DNA from: Herpetosiphon sp.
GTDB lineage: Bacteria > Chloroflexota > Anaerolineae > Anaerolineales > Villigracilaceae
Assembly: GCA_020717985.1 (NCBI GenBank)
Contig: DYDH01000002.1
Location: 43,135-107,134, forward strand
Direction of reading: 5' to 3'
Length of the DNA: 64,000 bases
Below the pieces are notes generated by a model. It searched no databases, was not told the origin of the DNA, and worked only from the letters and a program-made list of their open reading frames with translations. Both the position numbers and the translations under genes were made by a program. Position 1 is the stretch's first letter. Each line of letters starts with the position of its first letter. Below, piece after piece: positions 55,709-64,000 of this stretch.

Positions 55709-57198
55709 TAAATATTTTGAAAATACTGGCGCACGATGTCTGAATAATCTGTGCTGGTGTGTTCTTTGAGGATGCGGAAGAAATCATTTGAATTTACGAT
55801 CTTGCCGCGACTTTGTGCTAGATAATCTTGAAGGAAAGCAAAGAATGCTTCATCGCCAATGCGCGCGCGCAATTCATCAAGAAAATGCGCACCCTGAAAA
55901 TATGCCGCGTTGGTGTAAGGACGGAAACCCTGTCCATCGTAAATCGGGATATCCACAAAACCCTGCGGGTTGTAAAAGTCAATTCGATACGACCACCACC
56001 AGCCGATCAGGTCTGGATGGATGTTTTCGTAATACACATGCTCAGAATAGGTAGCCAGCGACTCGTCCAGCCAGGGCTGTTCGGCTTGATCGTTCCCAAC
56101 CTGCTCGAACCACCATTGATGCGATGTTTCATGCACAGCAACAAAAGTAAGATAGTTGGCGGGGGTTCCATCGTATAGACTGTAAAAATCGCGGCTGAGA
56201 TAAAAAAACGCGGAATATTCCATGCCGTCATTGAAATCACCCATGACCAGCGAAAGCGTCTTATGTGGATATGCTCCGTAGCGGTTGCTGTAGACGCTCA
56301 ATGCCTCGGCGCTGGCTTGCAGGGCAGCCTGTCCACCAACATCGCTAAACGGGTAGTAATAGCTGGAGACAGTTACATCGCCGACCATCAAACTGGAGAC
56401 TTGGAATTCGCGGCTTGCGGCAAGTGCGAATGTCCGCGCAGAGGTGATTGTGTAGCGGGTGAAGCCCTCTTGCTGTTCAGGGACTCCGCTCGCGGCGACA
56501 ATCGGTGTGGTGGCTGGGTCTGCAAATTTGAGATTGACCTCGTAATCGGCAGAATCGTAAACCAGGTGTTCACCGTAATACCAGGGTTCATGCAAAACCC
56601 AATCGCCATTGATCGCGTCGCGTGGCACAACGAATGGATACCAGTTGGTGAGGTTTAATTGCCGTTTGGTGTATCCATAAATGCGCGGACGTGAAATCCC
56701 CGGGTCTTCCTGCTCGGCAAACGGAAGTGAAAGCGTGTATTGAATGTTGATCGTCAATATATCTTCCGGCTTAACGAAGGCGGATAAGGCAATATCCAAT
56801 CTTTGCCCACTGATGGAATAGGTCGTTGTGGGTGTGCCGTCAATGGAAATGCCGGTGAGGGAAAAACTATCCTGCCATAAATTGGGCACAACGGCGATGA
56901 CCAGCGTATTGAGTTGGTTACCTGTATGGTTGGGATAGAGAATGGTCTCATCAACTGTGACCGTATGCGCGTCATAGTCAATGGTGGTATTCAGTGTATA
57001 TTTGGCGCGTTCAGGCGCTGGAATGGGAGTTGCTGTTGGCAATACAGGAGTGGCAGTTGGCAAGGACGTATTGGTTGCCACAGGAGTAAAGGATGCCGTG
57101 GGTGTAGCCGTAGGCGCCGGAGAAAAAGATGCGCACGCCGAAAAAATAAATGTTAATAGGAAAATAACAAGGAGGGGCAGGGTGGATTTGTTTCGCAT
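55705..57198 (-). CDS. M1-family metallopeptidase lipoprotein (paralog)
   Basis: FSAC lipobox, GMEY, HETSH...E. Confidence 0.9.
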   Translation of the reverse strand: MRNKSTLPLLVIFLLTFIFSACASFSPAPTATPTASFTPVATNTSLPTATPVLPTATPIPAPERAKYTLNTTIDYDAHTVTVDETILYPNHTGNQLNTLVIAVVPNLWQDSFSLTGISIDGTPTTTYSISGQRLDIALSAFVKPEDILTINIQYTLSLPFAEQEDPGISRPRIYGYTKRQLNLTNWYPFVVPRDAINGDWVLHEPWYYGEHLVYDSADYEVNLKFADPATTPIVAASGVPEQQEGFTRYTITSARTFALAASREFQVSSLMVGDVTVSSYYYPFSDVGGQAALQASAEALSVYSNRYGAYPHKTLSLVMGDFNDGMEYSAFFYLSRDFYSLYDGTPANYLTFVAVHETSHQWWFEQVGNDQAEQPWLDESLATYSEHVYYENIHPDLIGWWWSYRIDFYNPQGFVDIPIYDGQGFRPYTNAAYFQGAHFLDELRARIGDEAFFAFLQDYLAQSRGKIVNSNDFFRILKEHTSTDYSDIVRQYFQNIY

Positions 57199-57307
57199 GG
57201 GCTGTATTCTACCGCTTGTTGCAAAAATTAATAATCACGAAAATGCGCCAACAAAAAGCCCTCCCGCTGAATGATCCAGCAGGAGGGCGCAATATTCATA
57301 AAAGGAT

Positions 57308-57748
57308 TTAGCCTTCGATGGCTTTCTTGAGCGCTGCCAAAGCGGACTCATATCCTGCAAGCATTTGCTTTTTCATCATGTCTTCCATGCCGGGCATACT
57401 GGGCATTCCGGCGGGCATAAGCGCGGCTTCTGTTTGCATGGTCACTTTTGTGCCGCCGCCAGCCGCTTCAAGAATATAGGTGCTGGTTACATCTGACGCG
57501 GGAGGCGCGGCAAATGTTTTTGTACCATAGATCTTATTCTGCTCGAACGCGATTATTTCTGATGTGATTACATTCACAGCGCCGAGCGTGGATTTGACTG
57601 TGGTCTTGCATTTTGTGCCAACCTTCAGCGGTCCATCAAATTCAATGCTGACAACATATTGGTTCTTCAGATTATCGGGGTTGGTAATATGCGCAAAGAT
57701 CGCCTCTGCGGGTTTGTTGATTGTTGTGGAAACTTCAATAAGAGCCAT
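57308..57748 (-). CDS. SRPBCC/polyketide cyclase-like protein
   Basis: STTINKPAEAIFAHITNP N-terminal signature, C-terminal helix. Confidence 0.8.
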   Translation of the reverse strand: MALIEVSTTINKPAEAIFAHITNPDNLKNQYVVSIEFDGPLKVGTKCKTTVKSTLGAVNVITSEIIAFEQNKIYGTKTFAAPPASDVTSTYILEAAGGGTKVTMQTEAALMPAGMPSMPGMEDMMKKQMLAGYESALAALKKAIEG

Positions 57749-57792
57749 GCTGTTTTCTCCTTATGAGTAAGCGGCGGATAACGATAAAGCCA

Positions 57793-58632
57793 TTATACAG
57801 ATTTCATCCTCTTCCACAAGAATGCAAGCAGGAAAAACGCAGTAGCCGTTAGTACTATGGCTGCACCCGAGGCAATACTCAAATAATAGGAGAGATATAA
57901 ACCGATCACACCCGCAAGTGAAGCCAGAGCAGCGGCGAGAGCCATCATGACCGGCAGGCGGTTTGTGAGCAGGTACGCTGTTGCAGCAGGTGTAACAAGC
58001 ATTGCGACCATCAACGCCACGCCAACGGTTTGAAGCGAGACGGCTACCGTCACAGCAATCAGTCCCAGCAAAAGGTTGTTAAGCAGATTCACTGGCAGGC
58101 GGAGAGTCATCGCAAGAATGGGGTCGAATGAAAGGGCGAGGAATTCCTTGTAGAAGACGGCAATTGTCAGCAGGACAATTACCGAAAAGATGACGATGAT
58201 CCACAAACTTTGAGCAGACACTCCCAGTACATCGCCGAACAGGAAGTGGCTCAAGTCCACGGCGTAGCTGCGGACAGTGGAAATCAGCGCAATGCCCAAC
58301 GCGAACATCCCCGCGAAGATGATGCCAATTGCCGTATCTTCTTTTATTTCCGCCTGCTTGCTGATTGCGCCAATTCCCCATGCAGCGATGACGGCTGTCC
58401 CCAGCGCCCACCAAAATAACGTATCACGCGAGCCGCCTGTGAGGAGGTATCCAACCGCGATTCCAGGCAAGATGGTGTGGGCAAGTGCATCACCAAAAAA
58501 TGCCATGCCGCGCAAAACTACATACGTGCCAACAACGGCACAAACGATGCCAACCAGCAGTGCGGCGATCATGCCGCGTATCATGAATTCATATTGGAGA
58601 GGAGCAAGAAGCCAATCAATGAACATGGTCAT
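57793..58632 (-). CDS. znuB: Zn/Mn ABC transporter permease
   Basis: GDALAH, LFGD, SFDP. Confidence 0.85.
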   Translation of the reverse strand: MTMFIDWLLAPLQYEFMIRGMIAALLVGIVCAVVGTYVVLRGMAFFGDALAHTILPGIAVGYLLTGGSRDTLFWWALGTAVIAAWGIGAISKQAEIKEDTAIGIIFAGMFALGIALISTVRSYAVDLSHFLFGDVLGVSAQSLWIIVIFSVIVLLTIAVFYKEFLALSFDPILAMTLRLPVNLLNNLLLGLIAVTVAVSLQTVGVALMVAMLVTPAATAYLLTNRLPVMMALAAALASLAGVIGLYLSYYLSIASGAAIVLTATAFFLLAFLWKRMKSV

Positions 58633-59431
58633 GTTCCCCTTCGTCGCAACAAGAATCGTCAACGGTTAACAAATCAGCTTTCCCTTCAACCGTGCGGAAA
58701 CGTCCGCCATAGGCTGACAATAAATTATCAGCGTGCAATACAGTTTCAGCGTTGCCAAACGCCACGATTTTCTTGTTCAACAACATAATGCGATCAAAAT
58801 GTTTTGCGGCTTGTTCGAGGTCATGGGTTGCCACCATCACGGTGACTTTTTGCGCGCGCAACGTATCTAGCAAGTCAAGCAAACCCTCCTGGGCGGGCGT
58901 GTCGAGACCGGTCAACGGTTCATCCATGAGCATCAATTCCGCTTCCTGTGCCAGCGCGCGGGCGATGAACATCCGCTGCTGCTGTCCGCCCGACAATTGA
59001 CCGATCTGTCGCGTTGACAGGTTGCCGATCTCGACGGTTTCGAGCGCGTGATTCACAAAGTCCCAATCGCGCTTTTTGGGAAAATTAAAGGGACCCAGTT
59101 TCGCGAAACGTCCCATCATCACCACATCTGCCACGCTGACGGGGAACTTCCAATCCACCTGGCTGCGCTGCGGGATATATGCGATGCAACTGTGGACAAC
59201 AGGTTTCGATCCCGAAATCGTCACATCGCCGCTGTTGGGCTGCAATACGCCAGAGACAACCTTGAACAGGGTGCTTTTCCCCGCACCGTTTGGTCCCACC
59301 ACCGCAATACGTTCTCCGACATGTAGATGAAAGGAAACATTGTCGAGCGCCACGCGCCCGTCATAACGAACGGACACGTCGTGTACATCGAGAATGGGTT
59401 TGTCTGTTTGGTGATTGATGTGAGGGTACAT
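58616..59431 (-). CDS. znuC: Zn/Mn ABC transporter ATPase
   Basis: GPNGAGKST, LSGGQ, MDEP. Confidence 0.85.
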   Translation of the reverse strand: MYPHINHQTDKPILDVHDVSVRYDGRVALDNVSFHLHVGERIAVVGPNGAGKSTLFKVVSGVLQPNSGDVTISGSKPVVHSCIAYIPQRSQVDWKFPVSVADVVMMGRFAKLGPFNFPKKRDWDFVNHALETVEIGNLSTRQIGQLSGGQQQRMFIARALAQEAELMLMDEPLTGLDTPAQEGLLDLLDTLRAQKVTVMVATHDLEQAAKHFDRIMLLNKKIVAFGNAETVLHADNLLSAYGGRFRTVEGKADLLTVDDSCCDEGEHDHVH

Positions 59432-60367
59432 TTATTTGAGGGCTTCCACAATCTTCGAGACATTATCTTTCATCATCTCGATATAGGTCGGCGCAGGCGC
59501 GCCTTCGGTCAACGACTCCAAGTGCAGGTCATCAACAATCATAACACCTGTTTCATCGGCGATCTGCTGGGCGAGGACATTGTTATCCGCTGTATCCAAA
59601 AAGATGGCTGGCGCGCCAAGCCGTTTGATCTCATCAATCAGGCTTGCCATTTCCTGCGCGGAGGGCGCGGCGTTGCTGCTAAAACTTGGAATGACAGAGC
59701 CAGTCACCTCAAAGCCGTAACGTTCGGCAAAATATCCCATCGCTTCGTGGTTTGTCACCAGCAGGCGACGTTCGGCAGGGATGGTGTTCACCTGCTCGAC
59801 AATCCAATTGTCCAAATCCTTGAGTTGGGCAATGTAAGCATCGGCATTGGACTTGTAAATTTCCGCGCCTTCGGAATCGGCTTGACTCAAGCCATCGCGG
59901 ATGTTCTCCACATAGGCGATGACGAGATTCGGGTCAAGCCACATGTGCGGATCGCCCGCTTCATGGTCGTGACCTTCGGCTGATTCTGCTTCGGCGGCAT
60001 GTTCCTCCATTTTATGCGGAGTCAGCCCAATCGTCGCCTCAATCACCAGTCGTTCGCCGCCCGCGTTTTCGAGAAGCGTTTCGATAAAATGCTCATATTC
60101 CACGCCGTTGAGAATCAGCACATTGCTTTCGGCTATCTTCGCCACATCCGAAGGCGCAGCTTGATAAGTATGCGGGTCAGCGCCGACAGGCAGTAGCGAC
60201 TCAACCTGTGCGCGGTCGCCCGCCACGTTTTGGGCAATATCCGCGAGGAAGGTGGTGGAGGCAAGCACATTCAAACCGCCGTCCTCCTTCGATGGGGCAG
60301 ACCCACACGCGGCAAGGAAAAACGCCGCGATTGCAAATACAGTAATGGAATTGAAAATCTTTTTCAT
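59432..60367 (-). CDS. znuA: Zn/Mn ABC transporter substrate-binding lipoprotein
   Basis: LAAC lipobox, DPHTY, His-rich loop, DPHMW. Confidence 0.85.
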   Translation of the reverse strand: MKKIFNSITVFAIAAFFLAACGSAPSKEDGGLNVLASTTFLADIAQNVAGDRAQVESLLPVGADPHTYQAAPSDVAKIAESNVLILNGVEYEHFIETLLENAGGERLVIEATIGLTPHKMEEHAAEAESAEGHDHEAGDPHMWLDPNLVIAYVENIRDGLSQADSEGAEIYKSNADAYIAQLKDLDNWIVEQVNTIPAERRLLVTNHEAMGYFAERYGFEVTGSVIPSFSSNAAPSAQEMASLIDEIKRLGAPAIFLDTADNNVLAQQIADETGVMIVDDLHLESLTEGAPAPTYIEMMKDNVSKIVEALK

Positions 60368-60421
60368 TAGAAACTCCTATTTTTTATCCCCCACCGAAAC
60401 GATGAGGGATGGATTAATTCT

Positions 60422-60473
60422 GTAGGTCAGGCTTTCAACATGGCAATTTGGCAGGTTGAAAATCTTGCCCTAC
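60422..60473. repeat. GTAG-type REP-like palindrome
   Basis: GTAGGTCAGGCTTTCAAC...GTTGAAAATCTTGCCCTAC. Confidence 0.55.
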
Positions 60474-60889
60474 GCACGGCAGTTTGCGCACAGACCGAAG
60501 AGTTGCAACCAATGTTCGTTGATCTGATAACCCGTCTTTTTGGCAATGGATTTTGTCAGCACATCCAGGTCGTCGCCTTCGAAAAATGCCACCTGTCCGC
60601 AGTTTTGACAGAGCAACAGATGCTGATGACCATGACCTGCCGAGATGAACGCCTGGCATCCCATCGGCTGATGCACGCGCTGAATGAGATGAAGTTCCTC
60701 AAGTTTTTCCAGCGTGCGGTAGACCGTGACCAGACCAAGGGCGCGATATTTTTTACGCGCCATATCGTAGACCTCGACGGGTGTCAGCGCACGATTGGAT
60801 TTTTCCACGGTTTCAACCACAGCGCCGCGCGCTTTGGTAATTCGATAACCGTTCTCGTGCAATTGAGTGAGCCAGACTTCAGCCGACAT
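60470..60889 (-). CDS. zur: Fur-family regulator, probably Zur
   Basis: TVYRTL, HQHLLLCQNC, CANC; heads the znu operon. Confidence 0.8.
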   Translation of the reverse strand: MSAEVWLTQLHENGYRITKARGAVVETVEKSNRALTPVEVYDMARKKYRALGLVTVYRTLEKLEELHLIQRVHQPMGCQAFISAGHGHQHLLLCQNCGQVAFFEGDDLDVLTKSIAKKTGYQINEHWLQLFGLCANCRA

Positions 60890-60903
60890 ATTCGCTCTTT
60901 TCT

Positions 60904-60926
60904 TTATTGAAAACCATTATCAATAA
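60904..60926. promoter_or_regulatory. Fur/Zur-type palindromic operator
   Basis: TTATTGAAAACCATTATCAATAA upstream of zur-znuACB. Confidence 0.75.
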
Positions 60927-61046
60927 GTATAAACGACAAAATTCGGGGAGTCAAGATTTACCGCTAACTTTGTTAGCCCAAAGTTAAAATGTCCCCTTCG
61001 GAGGACGAGAAAATGGAGACTTGCCAGTTCGCGCTGCCTCAAAACA

Positions 61047-61067
61047 GAACAAAAATTCTGTTATACT
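61047..61067 (+). promoter_or_regulatory. LexA box and -10 of radA
   Basis: GAAC-AAAA-ATTC then TATACT. Confidence 0.65.
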
Positions 61068-61115
61068 TTGGGCGACTCAACCAGCCTGTTCATTTTTTTG
61101 ACTGCGAGAAATAAT

Positions 61116-62507
61116 ATGGCAAAAACACATACCCGTTATGTCTGTCAGCAATGTGGACGCGTGGCCGCTTCGTATATGGGCAAATGTCCGCAATGTTCTT
61201 CGTTTAATAGCATGGTGGAAGAAGTCGTCCACGAAGAACCCGTCAACAAGGGACCGGCGAATGTCCGGGGTCTGAGCGGCCGTTCGCAGCCGCGCCCAAT
61301 TGACGAGGTCGGGGGGGATGCGGAGGATCGAGTCCATTTGCCGATCGGTGAATTTGCGCGTGTCCTCGGCGGCGGGATCGTGCTTGGGTCCATCGTTCTG
61401 ATCGGCGGCGACCCTGGCATTGGCAAATCCACGTTGATGTTGCAAATGGCGATGGAGATGGCAAATACGCAGAGAGTGCTATATGTTTCTGGCGAAGAGT
61501 CCGAGCGGCAGATCAAAATGCGCGCGGTACGTTTGTTGAGTAATAAAAAGGAATTGCCAAAGAATCTTTTATTGGTGACGGAAACGAATCTCGAAGTGAT
61601 TCTGAATCACGTTAACGAATTAAAACCTGACCTGCTCATTGTTGACTCGATCCAGACAGTTTATTTGTCCGAATTGGATTCGTCGGCGGGGTCGGTTTCG
61701 CAGGTGCGTGAGTGTGCGTCACATTTACGCGAGCTGGCAAAATCCAGCGGCGTCTCCGTTTTCCTGATCGGACATGTGACCAAGGAAGGCGCGATAGCGG
61801 GCCCGCGTGTGTTGGAACATATTGTGGATACGGTGCTCTATCTTGAAGGTGACAGGTTCCAGGCATACCGTTTGTTACGTTCGGTAAAGAATCGTTTCGG
61901 CGCGACTGCCGAGGTGGGTGTGTTCGAAATGCGTGAGGGCGGATTGGTCGAAGTAACCAATCCATCCGAGGCATTTCTGGCGGAGCGGTTGGTCAATGCT
62001 GCGGGTTCAACGATTGCCGTAACCATGGAAGGCACACGTCCCATTCTGGTTGAAATTCAGGGATTAACTTCCCCCACACAATTTGGAAATGCGCGCCGCA
62101 CACCCAACGGCATTGACTTCAACCGTTTGCTGTTGATCTCGGCAGTACTGACCCGCCGTGTGGGATTAAAACTTTCGGAGCAGGATGTCTTTGTCAATGT
62201 GGTGGGCGGCATCCAAATTGACGAACCCGCCGCTGACCTTGCGATTGCCGCTGCGATTGCATCTTCATGGAAGGATGTTCCTGTTCGCGCCGAGGCGGTG
62301 TTGATCGGTGAGATCGGTCTTGCCGGAGAGTTGCGTATGCCGGGTCAAATGGTGGCACGCTTGCGCGAGGCGCAAAAGCTGGGCTTCAAAGTTGCCATTG
62401 TTCCCAAAGCCATTCGTCAGGGAGAGCCATATCCAAAAGGAATTGAGATCATCGAAGTCAGGTCGCTGGATCAGGCGTTGAACGCGGCATTGAAAAAAGC
62501 GGGGTGA
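61116..62507 (+). CDS. radA: DNA repair protein RadA/Sms
   Basis: C4 zinc finger, GDPGIGKST, KNRFG. Confidence 0.97.
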   Translation: MAKTHTRYVCQQCGRVAASYMGKCPQCSSFNSMVEEVVHEEPVNKGPANVRGLSGRSQPRPIDEVGGDAEDRVHLPIGEFARVLGGGIVLGSIVLIGGDPGIGKSTLMLQMAMEMANTQRVLYVSGEESERQIKMRAVRLLSNKKELPKNLLLVTETNLEVILNHVNELKPDLLIVDSIQTVYLSELDSSAGSVSQVRECASHLRELAKSSGVSVFLIGHVTKEGAIAGPRVLEHIVDTVLYLEGDRFQAYRLLRSVKNRFGATAEVGVFEMREGGLVEVTNPSEAFLAERLVNAAGSTIAVTMEGTRPILVEIQGLTSPTQFGNARRTPNGIDFNRLLLISAVLTRRVGLKLSEQDVFVNVVGGIQIDEPAADLAIAAAIASSWKDVPVRAEAVLIGEIGLAGELRMPGQMVARLREAQKLGFKVAIVPKAIRQGEPYPKGIEIIEVRSLDQALNAALKKAG

Positions 62508-63536
62508 AAATGACTCCCAAAAAACTTGTCACAGATGTTCAAAGCATCCTTCAAGTTGCGCGGCAAAAATCATATTCAGCGGTCAATTTTGCAATGGTGG
62601 AAGCCTACTGGAAAGTCGGCAGGCGCATCGTGGAGGAAGAGCAAAAGGGAAAAGGACGGGCGGATTATGGGACGCAGTTGATCAAATCCCTGTCTGATTC
62701 GCTGACCGATGAGTTTGGAGAGGGGGTTTTCGGTCGCAAACCTGAAAAGTTTTCGCCAGTTTTATTTGACCTTTCCCGATGAGCAAATTAGCTACACACT
62801 GTGTAGCCAATTAACCTGGAGCCATTGCCGACTCATCATGCGCGTTGAAAATCCACTGGCGCGGGAATATTATCTCAAGGAAGTCGCTGATCAGACCTGG
62901 AGCGTGCGCGTGCTTGATCGCAATATCCACTCCTTGTATTACGAGCGATTGCTTGCGTCGCAAAATAAAAAATCGGCGTTGGAAAATGAATCTAAATTGG
63001 AAAAGCAAAGTCCAGCCGACTTTATCAAAGACCCGTATGTGCTGGAGTTCCTTCAACTTCCAGAAGACCCGATGGTTTCCGAAGCTGAAATGGAAACAGC
63101 GATCATCTCGAAATTGCAGAAGTTCCTTTTGGAACTTGGCAAGGGATTTTCCTTTGTGGGTCGCCAGGTGCGTATCAGTACAGAGACGTCCCACTTTTAC
63201 ATTGACTTGGTTTTCTACAATTATCTGCTCAAATGTTTTGTGCTGATCGACCTGAAAGCGGAGAAACTCACTCATCAAGACATCGGACAAATGGATATGT
63301 ACATCCGCCTGTACGATGATCTCAAACGTATCGAAGGAGACAACCCTACAATTGGAATTATCCTTTGCACGAACAAGGATGAAACCATTGCGAGATATTC
63401 CGTCCTAAAAGACAGCGAACAGATATTCGCGTCCAAGTATCGACTGATACTCCCAAGCGAGGAGGAATTACAGGAGGAGTTGATACGGGAAAAACGAATA
63501 TTCTTAAAAGAACGCGCGGGTGAGTACGTCGCGTAA
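62504..63536 (+). pseudogene. YhcG/DUF1016-like PD-(D/E)XK protein split by a frameshift
   Basis: N-part YWKVGRRIVEEEQ and C-part KDPYVLEFL/LLELGKGFSFVGRQ lie in different frames; the shift is near GAGAGGGGGTTTT (~62718-62730). Confidence 0.75.
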
Positions 63537-63606
63537 ATGCTCACTCCGCTATTTGCAACCAATCTCCCTCCGGCAGCGTATGTTTGTCTGAAGGAGATTT
63601 TTTATT

Positions 63607-64000
63607 ATGAACACAAAGCTTATTTCAGCATTTCTTGCGCTTGCGGTTGCCAGCATGGCTTGCGGGTTCAATATTAATTTACCCAAGATGCCCACACCCG
63701 GTCCCGAAATCACGGATGAGATTACCGTTCCAACCCCAAAGACCGACGAGGTGAGTTTGCGTCTTTCGTTCGGCGCAGGTGAGATGACCCTGGCTCCGGG
63801 CGCGAAGAAACTTGTGGAAGGCACAGCCACTTATAATTATTCCGCGTTCAAGCCTGAAGTTAATGTTGATGGCGGCAATGCCGAGATCAAAATGAGTGAA
63901 ATTAAGTCACTTCCATCTTTCGAGAACCTCAAAAATATATGGGACCTCAAACTCGGCGATACACCCATGGACTTGACCATTGAATCCGGTGCATATGATG
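63607..64000 (+). CDS. Lipoprotein, DUF2154/toast-rack-like, partial
   Basis: Hand translation MNTKLISAFLALAVASMAC...FGAGEMTL...WDLKLG; open to the window edge. Confidence 0.65.
   Translation, partial: MNTKLISAFLALAVASMACGFNINLPKMPTPGPEITDEITVPTPKTDEVSLRLSFGAGEMTLAPGAKKLVEGTATYNYSAFKPEVNVDGGNAEIKMSEIKSLPSFENLKNIWDLKLGDTPMDLTIESGAYD

Overview
This is a bacterial window, most consistent with an Anaerolineae-type Chloroflexota genome. That assignment is inferred from gene content, GAAC-N4-GTTC SOS boxes and GTAG-type REP palindromes. Bases 1 to ~48483 are the right-hand part of a large integrative, probably conjugative, element inserted into the 5' end of an alpha/beta-hydrolase gene. Its backbone encodes a large serine recombinase, an excisionase-like HTH, ParA with a tandem-RHH partner and a centromere-like array, and a DnaA-N-domain initiator with internal iterons. 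It also encodes Flp/Tad pilus genes, two A24 prepilin peptidases, a TrbL/VirB6-like protein, a Cas4/RecB-like nuclease, a DnaB-like ATPase, a LuxR regulator with an SOS box, and a PolB2 three-gene cassette. The most striking cargo (9900-26513) is one tightly packed leftward operon. It begins with a caspase-STAND ATPase-wHTH fusion, a stand-alone STAND ATPase, a multi-TM protein and a third STAND ATPase, and runs directly (ATGA overlap) into six hyfBCEFGI-like genes for a NiFe-less hydrogenase-related (Ehr) membrane complex. A 1977-aa membrane NTPase-TPR protein and an LCP protein sit among the Tad genes. Bases 48600-64000 are host chromosome: cytochrome c/Rieske/cytochrome b, riboflavin-related genes, M1 peptidases, zur-znuACB, radA, a frameshifted YhcG-like gene and a partial lipoprotein. 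All family assignments come from motif recognition by eye; no database searches were run.
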